From: Psilocybe cubensis | Taxonomy: Eukaryota | Direction of reading: 5' to 3' | Assembly: GCA_017499595.2 (NCBI GenBank) | Contig: CM038998.1 | Span: 2,728,001-2,792,000, forward strand | Length of the DNA: 64,000 nt | Part shown: positions 24,901 through 35,491 of the stretch, one piece after another | Layout of the letters: each line of letters opens with the position of its first letter | How positions within the stretch are numbered: the stretch's first letter is position 1 | Made by a program: the position numbers and the translations under genes | Notes under the pieces: generated by a model | What the model was told of the DNA's origin: nothing | What the model saw: only the letters and a program-made list of their open reading frames with translations | The model's database searches: none

Positions 24901-26082
24901 CAACCACCCGGTTATGACGATGGCACTGGTCAGGCATGCCGTCTCATTCGTTCGCTTTACGGTCTCAAGCAGGCAGGAAACGTATGGAACCATGAACTCG
25001 ATAACGCTCTCACTTCATTCGGTTTTACGAAACTCAAGAGCGATTACTGCTGCTACATCCGTCGAGCTGAAAACGGCGATTTTACGATTTTGGTTACCTG
25101 GGTGGACGACATAATCAGTTTCTCAACAAACGACTCGCTCAACGACCAGCTGGAGCGAGAATTAGGCTCGAAATTCGACGTTAAATCGATGGGTCAGCCC
25201 TCGATGATGCTAGGATTCAAGCTCGAGCAAAAGGACCATTACATTTCGCTCTCGCAAGCACACTACATCGACAAACTCCTCGAGAAGTTTGGTTTACAAG
25301 ACGCGAACCCCGTTTCGACGCCTATGGACCCGAACGTGCGATTGGATAAGGATGAAGGTGTTCGGGAGGATGGAGACGGTCAGGGGGAGGTTAATTCGCG
25401 TTTAGGATTCAGTTATGCAACGGTCATCGGCTCGCTCATGTATCTGGCACTCGGAACTCGTCCAGACATCGCGTTTGCGGTATACAAACTCGCGCAATTC
25501 ACCAGCAAGCCGAAATCGACTCATTGGACCGCTGTCAAACGTATATTTCGTTATCTGAAGGGCACGCGCAATCACAAACTTACTTACGGCGGCGATTCGC
25601 AAGTTTTGGACGTAAATCTCAATGTTTATTGCGACGCCGATTGGGCTGAAAACTACGATCGGAAATCAACTAGCGGATACGTGGTTACGATAGCAGGCGG
25701 CGCTGTGGCATGGAGCTCGAAGAAACAGAATACGGTCGCACTTTCAACCGCTGAAGCCGAATACGTTTCCACAACGCATGCGGCGAAGCAAGTCTTATGG
25801 CACCGCTCACTCTTCACGGAGCTCGGTTTCCACATTCCATCAACGTCAACCATCTTTACCGACAATACGGCAGCCATTTCGATTGCGCATCATCCAGAAT
25901 TCCATGCCCGTACGAAGCACATTGACATTGCATTTCATTTCCTACGCGACTTGGTGGAGAAGAAGACGCTCGACACGGTTTACATCAACACTTCAAACAA
26001 TTTGGCAGACGTTTTCACAAAGGCTTTACCTCGCGTTGCACACGATGGTTTCACGTTGCAGTTGGGAGTTTTGGCCGACTAA
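21913..26082 (+). CDS. Copia Gag-Pol polyprotein (1389 aa)
   Basis: Order is gag, zinc knuckle CYNCHKMGHISKDC, protease WLYDSATTSH, WHRRFGH..CEAC, integrase (SDVWGP, RMDNGKE, NGVAER), RT (YGLKQ, WVDD), RNase H (YCDADW, AEAEY, TDN, ADVFTK). Confidence 0.99.
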   Translation: MADSTTAEVNIGGYRIDTLKAHNWMPWKRRMLAVLVDLGLEKYVDGTSLRPGSAKPNAPTAEEIAAQTAWDKGDAKARCRIELALSDAEMVHVLGARTAREMWTQLCTVKESKGRLGVLATRRALFRATAEEGCDMAEHIAKLRQFQEELHIMGSIVSDEDFVMILLTSLPESWENYASSFLGSSGNRPTLTSQELVGVLLEEARRRKERGGDGAGGTTLQVRGGQGSSDGKGNGSRDGSGGKECYNCHKMGHISKDCWAKGGGREGKGPRGRKTKNRGRTNQAREDVNTTLNDEVAYHTYSTSNFSRYDWLYDSATTSHVCPVREAFIEYTPLVNSSVRGVGKSPAIIAGRGTVILNFDVDGQTITHRLKDVLHIPEAENALMSLGRFERDGRSSSFKNGKVLLMDAKDKVIGKGSKRGQMYILHARAQLNSGEQVNYVSPKLTWDQWHRRFGHISVSSLQKLVRNDLVVGLSVDETSIPSPSCEACIQAKQTHKPFPGEAENRSTVPGERTMSDVWGPIGTRSVNGFYYYITFMDDAKRYNGVVFLKDKKEAAKAIENHGERVKRRFGQYPRYIRMDNGKELVNERIKKWAAERGIEIETTAPYSPSQNGVAERYNRTLLELARAMIIAKNLPLFLWDEAVNYANYLRNRAPTRALDDKTPYEGWHNKKPDVSHLREFGCDVWVLDETKGLSKLKPRSKKMVFVGFNEGSKSVRYYDPKSRTVKSSRNVSFNENETPQNVEIPGLSSEGERNESTDVKSSENEPETVKNEPISSTASIPQPSIRRSAREHNFVDYKKANNPNARLPTTRSQTTLNAPQIATKSTETSSAKSTATEQANIVKEQLWGAILDDSERVFAMRELDVPRTLEEALESCEAAAWKAAMDEEIETLLRMGTWEMMKIPDGRKLVGCRWVYAKKRDENGNVIKYKARLVVQGCSQRPGTDYSEDGTFAPVMRFDTLRSLLAYSAVHNLKMRQFDIKGAYLHGYISEEIYMVQPPGYDDGTGQACRLIRSLYGLKQAGNVWNHELDNALTSFGFTKLKSDYCCYIRRAENGDFTILVTWVDDIISFSTNDSLNDQLERELGSKFDVKSMGQPSMMLGFKLEQKDHYISLSQAHYIDKLLEKFGLQDANPVSTPMDPNVRLDKDEGVREDGDGQGEVNSRLGFSYATVIGSLMYLALGTRPDIAFAVYKLAQFTSKPKSTHWTAVKRIFRYLKGTRNHKLTYGGDSQVLDVNLNVYCDADWAENYDRKSTSGYVVTIAGGAVAWSSKKQNTVALSTAEAEYVSTTHAAKQVLWHRSLFTELGFHIPSTSTIFTDNTAAISIAHHPEFHARTKHIDIAFHFLRDLVEKKTLDTVYINTSNNLADVFTKALPRVAHDGFTLQLGVLAD

Positions 26083-26270
26083 GGGGGAGTGTTGGAATGA
26101 TAGTCGGCGAGCGACTTGGTCGCTAAGTCGTTATCTTCCTCTTGTAGTTTATCTTATCATATTTTTTCTAGATTATTCTACTATAGGTTCCGTAGTTACT
26201 GTAGGTACAACCGTGTAGCTACGTCGTGAATCTACATCTTTTACCACCACTGCGCATTATACTTACAACA
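26081..26270 (+). repeat. Polypurine tract (AAGGGGGAG, 26081-26089) and 3' LTR (26090-26270)
   Basis: Purine tract abuts TGTTGG; LTR matches the 5' LTR. Confidence 0.98.
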
Positions 26271-26930
26271 GCTTCTGTGATGAGCAAGCCACCCTGCGTG
26301 GCGCGTTGTGCGTAATATTCCACGTTTAGTATGTCAGGGTACCATGTGCGAGCATATTTCGTAGATTTAGTAGCACGGTTGCGTGTCAGGGGAGCAAGGA
26401 CGACGCTACACACATAAAATGCGGTCAGAGATCAGTGAGCTGCAGCTAATATTAGTGCGCACCGGTGCTTCAGCCTCATATTTCCTAGTACAACGGGAGT
26501 GAATAACTTGGACGAAGATGGCGACGACATGGGGTAAAGTCGACTGAGATATTAGCTTGGGTGGACTGCAATTGGAGAACAAAGGGAAAATCCAGGGAGA
26601 CAACATAGCTGCTTCGCCGTGAATATATATTCTCAGCATATACAGATGTGTGAGAGAGATAAGCTTGGTGAAAAATGACCAACAGGGGCAGAAAATATGG
26701 TCGGAAATTCGATGGGGTCGGAGAGACATTGCGAAAGGAAGGCGGAAACCGAAGCCGCGGTCGCGCTGATAAGATAGCGCATTGGAACTCCGCGATTCCC
26801 AAGCGCTTATCCAAGTGACCTTGCTTTTCTCCCCACACACTACATTCACGATATATATACGCGAGTTCTACCATGTCAAGTACCCATTTCTATCTCACCG
26901 CACCAACATCTGCTTCGTTTTGTTGCCACT

Positions 26931-29006
26931 ATGTCTGTCGTCTCGCTCGCTGTCAAGGAGGGTAACCCTGTTACCGAAGACACCGTTCGTCGCTTGGGCA
27001 AGAAGATTTCGACCGGCATGGAGTTCAAGAATGAACAAGATGTCAAGGACTATACAGCTATTTTAGCCGCCTTCCATGACTCAGTGGACTCGATTTTAGC
27101 GATGGACGACTATATCCCACCTTCACTCAAGCCTGACTTGGAGCGGTTCCCTAGGGAGAATATCAGTTTTCCTAAGAAGGGCTCTGATGCACGTCTATCT
27201 CTCTTGAATCGTTGCTCTATTCTCACCTGGACTGACAGGATAACCCTCTCGGTGGATGGGCCTGCAAATTCACGATTGAAGACAAGAGGAAAAACTCACG
27301 CAAGGGCTTGCTCGAAGGTAAGACAGTTGTCCTAAAGGATTGCATATCCGTCGCCGGGGTACCTTGTACGCTTGGAACGTACGTCCGTCAAATATATGAT
27401 TTTTAGCATTCGCTGATCGTGTATTTAGCGATGCCATATCTCCGCCATGGACCCCTTTTGTGGACGCCACAGTAGTGACACGCGTGCTTGAAGCCGGCGG
27501 AATTGTAAGCACCTCCTTACGTGACCGTTGTCCTCTGTTCACATCAGATGTCGTAGATTGCTGGAAAAGCCTCAACCGAATCTATGTGCCAATCAGCATC
27601 ATCCTTCACCTCGGTCACTGGTCCCGTTGACAATCCCTATGCTCCTGGCCGAACCTCTGGAGGTAGCAGTTCAGGTTGCGGTGCACTAGTAGCAGACGGT
27701 TCATGCGACATGGCTATCGGGGCTGATCAGGGCGGTTCCATTCGCATGCCCAGTGCATTCTGTGGTCTAGTGGGAATCAAACCTACGTTAGCACATTGAC
27801 CTAAACCTTTCCTAAGACGATGTGCTAACCTACATGTTATAGATTTGGACTCGTTCCATACACCGCTATCGCATCCAATGAGTGGCAACACGACTATGCT
27901 GGTCCGATGTGCAGGACTGTGCATGATGCAGCGCTCCTCCTCCAAGTCATCGCAGGGGCTGATGGTCTGGATGATCGTTCTGGTGCTGGGTGTCCTTTTC
28001 CTCTTGATGTGCCTCCATATCCGTCTTTACTCTCTATCCCTGGAGCGGACCCTGTTGTACCCTTGAAGGGTAAGCGGATAGGTATTTTGAAGGAAGCATT
28101 TATGATGCCTGTGCTCGACCCAAGAGTCGCAGACAAAGTAAAGCAGGCAGCAGAATTGTTCAGAGACCTTGGAGCCACTGTGGAAGAGGTTAGCATACCG
28201 TTGCACTCTATCGCACCTACAATATGGATGGTTGGTTTCCTTTATTCATCGCAAAATTCCTTTCATTGACCTGTCATTTAGGCTGCAAATCGTTATGCAG
28301 GAGGAAAGACAAGACTGGGAGAAGCCAGCGGACATAGACAATATTATCAGAATGACCTGCACAATCTGTATGTACTCATTGCTTTAATCTTCTTTCCATT
28401 CTCAGTAACTTGCAATAGATTGTTCCCCTTGACTCAAGAGAGATGGGAGAAGTTTATCCCTGCGACAATCAACAGCCAACTAAATAGTTTGTATGGATGG
28501 GAAAATATGTCAGGAGTCTATGGAAAGGTGAGGTCCTCTTTATCTACAGTACGGGTATACTCATGCTGACGTTTTATATAGGCAATGAACAAGCTCATGG
28601 AGATTCAACACGCGTACAACGCCGCACTGGATAATCTTGATTGTTTAATTCTTCCCACAGTTGCTTTTGTACGATGCTGTTATCTCCTTCATCTTCCAAA
28701 CTCAAGTTTACAACATTAATTTAGGTTGCAAATACGCATCCTTCCCCAAATGCCACTGCGCTTCAAAAGATTCAAAAGTCTGTTGGGCAAGGGCTGAATT
28801 GCTGCACGTTCAATGGAACAGGTCATCCCGCTCTGACATTGCCCATTGGGACGCTTCCTCCTGCTGAATCAGATTGGGTGACGGAGAAAGACGCAGAGCT
28901 GAAGCTACCAGTGGGAATGCAGATAGTGGGGAAATGGTGGGATGAAACGGGGATCTTGCAGATTGCCAATGCATGGGAGCAAAAGTATAACTGGAAGAGT
29001 CGGTGA
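26931..29006 (+). CDS. Amidase-signature family amidase
   Basis: [74 protein letters not shown]; multi-exon, first intron GC-AG. Confidence 0.93.
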
Positions 29007-29309
29007 GAGTACTTGATGCTATATTCTTACTTTTCGTATTTCTTTTTTCTATGTAGTATTGCTGGTCTTGGGTATACCAATATTTATCTACGACATCAAT
29101 CAGAACTATGCTGTTACTCACACCGTCTTTGGATAAGTTTGAAACCCTCCATTGAGGACCACCAGCTAAGTCTCTGACGTCACATATATAACCCCTTTTA
29201 GACAACAAGAGTGACTATGATTAGTCACACTCACAGCATTTGTAATGAAAACTTAAAGCACTCGATTCGATGTGACCACAATATCCATTGTATACACCTT
29301 ACCTGCTAA

Positions 29310-30400
29310 ATGACAACCGCCAATCCATTAGCTGGTCCATCAGCTCTTCGTGATGTTATAAACCCCCAGTTCCATCAGAACAATTTCCCTGCAGAGACGT
29401 ATATAAAGACAGAACTAGGTTTGAAACTAGACAAAGGTACTTCGTTGATATATTGTGTCGCGACACGTCTTCTCAGTCTGTAATATCGTTTTAGACGATC
29501 AAATATGTAGATTGGCTTTAACCCCTGCTGGTTGTCCACTTGGGCCTCTTCATTGCCCTTTGCGTCATACGACACCTTCTGTTCAAAATTTCCAGCCGCC
29601 GAGACAGTTGCCTTCGCATCCACGGGAAAGAGAGCGACTGTCGACTGTGTGCAAGCATTGGTTGAGAGGTCTTTGCAAAAAGGGAGATGCCTGCGAATTT
29701 TTGCATGAATACAACTTGCGAAGAATGCCTGAATGTTGGTGGTTCGCAAAATATGGTTACTGTTCCGCTGGCGACGAGTGCTTATACGCGCATCCCAAGG
29801 AGCGACGAGTAGAATGTCCTGATTATAGCCGTGGGTTCTGCAAGTTAGGTGAGTTGGATAGCATTAAATGTAGTAATAATCTTACTTGATGTATTACAGG
29901 GCCGACATGTCCTCGAAAACACATTAGAAAAGTAGCATGTCAGTCGTATTTAACGGGATTTTGTCCTCTAGGACCAGAATGCCCAAGAGGCCAGTAAGTC
30001 ATAGGGTCACAAATTCAAACGCGAACTACTGAGATTGAATCAAATTTACAGTCCAAAGCCGAACATGCCACCAGCGAAAGCCTATGAACCTCCTTCACCT
30101 CCATCTGCAAAAGATCTAGGTCCCCCTCCACCAGGATATGGACGTTATGCTGACTTTGACCGAGGTGGCGGCGGCATCAATTCAGGTCCTGGATCTGCCA
30201 ATATCGTCAATGGTCCTCCCAGACGGAACCTGGATGAAGTATTATGTTTCAAGGTATATTGCGTCACTTTTTTGGGGTATTTTTCACTTATACTTCAATC
30301 CTAGTGCGGTGAGAAAGGACATTATGCTAACCATTGCCGAAATCGCAATGTTCCGGGCAACCGTGGAGGCAGCGAAAGATTAAAAAGATTTGGGGATTAG
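29310..30400 (+). CDS. YTH1: mRNA 3'-end processing protein Yth1/CPSF30
   Basis: VCKHWLRGLCKKGDACEFLHEYNLRRMPEC, tandem CCCH fingers and a C-terminal zinc knuckle CFK|CGEKGHYANHC. Confidence 0.95.
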
Positions 30401-30619
30401 CGCAGACGCCTTAACACCTGCTTCGTGTATTGTAATTATCATTTTATCCCTGTTCTTTATCGTAGTATACAATTATCTTCGAAACAAACGCGATTCACAT
30501 GTAATATTGAAATAAAAACTGACACCGGTCACTCGGCACATTGTCAAAAATAGTAATTTGTTATTGGTACTGAAAGATAGCTTTCAACCCTTTAACCACG
30601 TCTTCCAAGTCATTCAACC

Positions 30620-31521
30620 ATGGGTTGGCAAAATACGTTCACTTTAGGGAAGAGAGCAAAAGGCTGCCACTTGGTCACAGAGGAGGTATTGAACCATATC
30701 CGGTCTGGCCTCGAGGGCGTCAAGGCTAGCTGTTTTTGCTTATTGCTTCACTTGAAAACTTGACTTTTCGAATACAGGTTGGAATGTTGTACCTTTTCAT
30801 GCAAGTCTTCCGCAACGTATTTAAGCAATCGCAAGCACCGACCTTTGCCTCTTGACAGTCAGCATACGTCTGCAGCCTTAACCGTCAACGAAAACTATGA
30901 TTCAGGTATATCCGATATTCCAGTAAAGCATCCTCCTACAACTCACTCTCACGATGATCTTGCGGTCTACCGCTTCCTTGCAAATTTCAGATGTTCGAAA
31001 AGGTGAGCTTAAAAGATCTTTAGCGATGGTCAGTAATCAACATGACAAGACATGGATATGGCACTTGATCACCTCGTTCCTGAATCGTTAAATTGGAGGC
31101 ATACTGATGAAGGGCCTGAGTGAGTATAGCCGTTAGCCATTACGAACACGGAATCTTCTGATAGTTTGATTACTTTCATGGCCAGTGATTCGTGAGTTCA
31201 AAGCAAGGGTGGATGTTATTTATTAGTTCTTTGACGTGATTTTAGGGTTTCTCATACGAAAGCATCTCTTGTTGGGTCTTCGATCACGATCCCTATCACA
31301 GATGGACGGCTCAACCTAGGGACCTGGCAAGGTCGGATTTATCTGATATTGACGATATATATTGTGCTGACTTTGATTTTGAATTATAGGTATTTATTTG
31401 ACGGAATTTAGACACTATCCGCACAGCCGGCGTATTGTTGCAACCATCTTGTGGGTCCAATGCCATAAACATCTGTGCATGTATTAATGAATCGGGATCC
31501 AATGCGTCCGTTAGATCCTGA
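30620..31521 (+). CDS. YjbQ/UPF0047 family protein
   Basis: [65 protein letters not shown]. Many small exons; the last exon boundary is uncertain (alternative stop at 31487). Confidence 0.88.
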
Positions 31522-32271
31522 ATTCACTGTTGGACATGTCATTAAAAACCAATGAGTTGCCACGCTGCCGAATTAACTTTGAATGCGTGTTCGAGACAAG
31601 TTTCGACTGCATCAATGGCTGTGGTGGCAGAGCTTGTGTAATCAGAGTCGCACAGCGTCTGACCAACGGTTGTACCAAATTTGCAATGTCGATAGAAGAT
31701 CAAGAGGGTATGAACATTGTCTCTGAGAGCGCATTTGATCAATGGCTTGCACAATGAGAATAGTTTGTAGTCACAGATTGAGTGGGAAGGTGGGTGTGGC
31801 TGCAACGCACTGGTTGCCTTTGCGACGGGGTTTCAACACAGGATGTAACGCGATCTACTAGGAAGATAAGGCCAGGACTAAGATTACTCTTACATCAGAA
31901 TTGTTTTCACAAGGCAAGTTGGCGCATCTTTCACGGAAAGAGAGGCACATGGGCGGGCTGAACAAAAATGGGGTTATGGTGTTGAAGTGGTGGGATCACA
32001 CATAAGTGTGTAATAAAGGAAATAACTCCGATCAGTTAGTGTGACTGGTAACTTGCCCTGCTTCCACTTGCTTAAGTATCCTCCACAAAGGAACCGCACC
32101 GTTCTTGCTTCTTACCAATTCTCAAACGCGTATCCATCTCAACTATACACCAGCCCCCTCCTCTGGCTGGTCTTTGGCCGATTTGATTCCATTTCTCATC
32201 TCTGTTCTATACAGCACCCCACGCCGATCAATTGCTGCACTTAATCAATTCCACAAGCTGCCTGTTAGAAT

Positions 32272-35072
32272 ATGCCCAAAACTCCTAGTACTAACACCAC
32301 ACGGCCTGCCCTTCGACGGAACCAGGCATGTGTCTTCTTATAGAATGTTATTTTTCCTATTAATCGACAATGTCAGGCTTGCCGTTCATGTCGGAAACGA
32401 AAGTTGGTATGTCAGGCGTGCCGTGCCATGTCCTGCAGACAGAAATTCAACCTTTTTCTTAGAAATGTGATGCTGCTCGTCCTCATTGCGGTACCTGTGT
32501 CAAGTGCGTTTCCCAAAGAAGCTGTTCGCATGTCATACTCAACGGGGTTGTAGGCAATGGCAAGCGCTTGTGAGCGTCCCAGCACCAGTCGGCTATGCGT
32601 GAGTTGCTGCGCATCGTTGAGGTCCAGTATTACAACCAACTTTGCAATTTAGGCATCCAACCGAGCCTCAATGCTCGTATGATCCAGTAGAGGGTTTGCG
32701 ACTGGCGCCTGACACAGATCCAGTCGAAAAAATTAAAGAATTAGAGGACCAGATTGGTGCGTATTGTGTTTCTGATGCTATCTCTCTATACTTACTAATC
32801 TTTCGCGTAGCGGAACTAAAGAGCAAACTTTACGACAAACAAAACGCCTCTGCCTCACCTAGTAGCACTAGATTGACACCTCCCGTTCCTGCAGGAGATC
32901 CAAACGGCTTTACAGAATCCGATGGAGGGGGAATCGCTTTACCACAAGCGCCGCTTAATATAATCGATCTCATCGCCCCCGATAGTCCTCAGACGAGGTT
33001 TCGCAGCTCTAGTGGTAGCCCACAACTACAAAAACCGGGTACAGATCCCTTCATGGATTTATTGTTCTCCGGATGGAATCCCGACCTCCCAGATCCTACC
33101 ACATTAAACCATTAGTTGGTTATTCATCCTAATATGCGGCCTCCCTGCTAATATCACTTTAGCATAGATGTCTTTTTCAGATGTGATCCTTGTGGATCCC
33201 GTGTACTCCACAAGCCTTCATTTTTGGCATCCATGCAACTATCTCCTAGAGATCCCGGGTTTCCTCACTCGGCAATACTCCATGCTATAGTTGAGTGGAA
33301 TATTTTATGCTTTATGAAGGCTCTACTGACATGCAACAGTGCGCAGCAAGCTCAAGATGGTCTCCTCAAAATATTGTGACGTTACCTGATGGTACTCGTC
33401 GAGACCAGTTCGCCGAGTTCCATGCAAGCAAAACGCGACAGTATATTGATAAAACTATGGCAAGTGGGGAGGACATTTTTTCTGTTATGCAGGCATGTAT
33501 TCTTCTATCTTGGTATTTTTATCAAGAAGGTCGTTGGGTGGAGGTCTGGATCTTTGCCGCCTTTCAAACTCGTGTCGCTGTGCCTCTTCGCTTGAACTAT
33601 CCTGGGACATTTTCGACACATGGAAACAGCTCTCCTGGTGCCTATTTAGCACCGCCCAAAGACTTACGCGATTTGGAATCCAGACGACGGACGTGGTGGA
33701 TGACCATCATATTTGACCGAATTGCATCTGTCGGTGGATGGATTCATGCGGTCGATGAAAGAGATCTCGGTACAGAACTGCCATTGCGGACTGCAGACTT
33801 TGAGTCAGAGGTACGTTATATCTTGTACTCTAAGCACACAGAGCTGACTGGGGTCGGCGTGACAAAGTCTCCCATCCCGAGCAACCCGCAAGACCTGACC
33901 ACTCCCAACCTATTCACTGAACATCCTCCACATTATACAGACTCGTTTCTTCTACTCATTAAAGCAGTCATGCTTTTTGGAAGAGTTACTGATTTCAACG
34001 TCAGGGGTAATCTAAGAGCTCCTACAGCGCCAAGCAAGAATCAGAATCCATTTTTCTTACCTGGCTTCGAGGAACTTGACAAACTAGTTTGCTCAGACTT
34101 TTTGGAAAGTTTGCCTCACATCTACAGAAATAACACTGGGGTAACCGAACAACCCGATGGCACAAGCAGCTCATTGGACACAGATCTGTACATGGTTCAC
34201 ATCATCCCACATGCGTAGGTGTTTCTCAACTCAAAAGTATCAAGTCTCATTTGATTCTTCATTGATGTAGTGCGACAATTACACTTCATAATCCCTATAT
34301 CGATTTCACAGACCCACAAAATGTGTCGACTGCACGATGTGTCAATTCCGCGCGGTGTATTTTAGGAGCATATTATGTTCTATCAGCGACATCCTTAGAC
34401 ATCACTAGACTGCATCCGTTTGTGACAGTACGTACTTCTGGTTTTGTCTTTTCTATCCCAGATCTCTGAGATGATTGGCAGATTTGTTGGTATCTAGCTG
34501 CAGTAGTGCAAGTACAGCTTTGCAAATACTTCATTGAAATCAATGATTCAGAAAGGGAATCAACTGTATGGGGAGAAATTAACGTCCTTCGGTGAGCTAA
34601 CTATTCCTGTACGAAGATCGCTGGTGCTATAATATTTTCTATTAATTTTTATAGGTTCGCCATGATGGAATATGGTCAGAGATCACCCATCGGAAGTATG
34701 TTTGATCCTTCCACCACGGTCTGTCTGTTTTATGACCAATACTTGTTGACAGCTCGTCAGGAAAGGCTATTGCAGGGTCTTATGCGAGAGATCGTTCGCA
34801 TGACTGCACAAAAGCAACCTCTGGAAGTTGGTGTCCCTCTTTTCCCATTTTCGCACACCACTTTGTTCCAGAAGGATGTTGGGTCTGGATCGCAGAGTGA
34901 AGAAGGTTCCACCGCCGCTCTGTTACCAGTTAGTCCACCCTACGAACAACAGTCGCTACCTGGACGCCATTCATCCGTACATCCAACATCCCCCAACGGT
35001 AGCCTTTTGGGATCAACTTGGCCAAGGCGCGATGCCTCGGGCTCCCCGGCGACGAATAACTACGCGTTGTGA
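32272..35072 (+). CDS. Zn(II)2Cys6 fungal transcription factor (paralogue 2)
   Basis: LRRNQ|ACRSCRKRKL|KCDAARPHCGTCVK...PQCSYD; LHAIC, EGRWVEVW, RRRTWW, TDSFLLLIK. Confidence 0.92.
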
Positions 35073-35491
35073 TACTTTTTATGATTTACCTTTATCTCTC
35101 TCCTTGACGTTCGGACAAGTTGAATACTTTGTGTAGTTCTATTGCTTTCTTCCATCGGATTTTATGTTGTACCCATCTATACCTAACCCCTTTTCTCATT
35201 AGTACACTTTGGTATCTATAACGAAATGCAAGAAAATACCTGTTACCTAGCCAATGTTCTGAGTAAACACTTGCTGCAAACTGTCCACGTTTAAATAAAA
35301 CAACCGTCGGATTTGATAAAAATACAATAAAAACGGCCTCTATGGAATTGCAAATTTCTTTTATAAACCCGGGATACAAATGGCAAAACCACGTTGTTGA
35401 GGGCGAAATCCTTCTGTGCGGGTAGGAATCCAAGTGGTATAGGTCGGGGCGGCAGCAGCTCGTCTCAGCATAGTATAGTATTCTGGGTGTG

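Larger units (their letters stand above)
21637..26270 (+). mobile_element. Full-length Ty1/copia LTR retrotransposon (4634 bp) with 5 bp TSD GCTTC
   Basis: LTRs at 21637-21817 and 26090-26270 (TGTTG...CAACA); GCTTC at 21632-21636 and 26271-26275; PBS, PPT and intact gag-pol present. Confidence 0.99.
20137..26530 (-). pseudogene. Old Yellow Enzyme (NADH:flavin oxidoreductase) gene interrupted in exon 2 by a copia retrotransposon
   Basis: MSSPSSSKLFTPVVLGNMRLKHR|VVLAPLTRNRA...YYAQRATQGGLLITEA[insert]T|PTSIQASG...WHQGR...GFDGIEIHAANG|YLPEQFLHS...NHRTDSYGGSPENRCRF...AFGRYFTSNADLVERL. Removing the element plus one TSD restores the frame. Confidence 0.92.

Noticed and set aside
15352-29006. Secondary-metabolite biosynthetic gene cluster (TF + PHA2 + OYE + amidase)
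   Set aside because: No PKS, NRPS, terpene synthase or RiPP precursor is visible and PHA2 is a primary-metabolism gene; kept only as a weaker co-regulation hypothesis.
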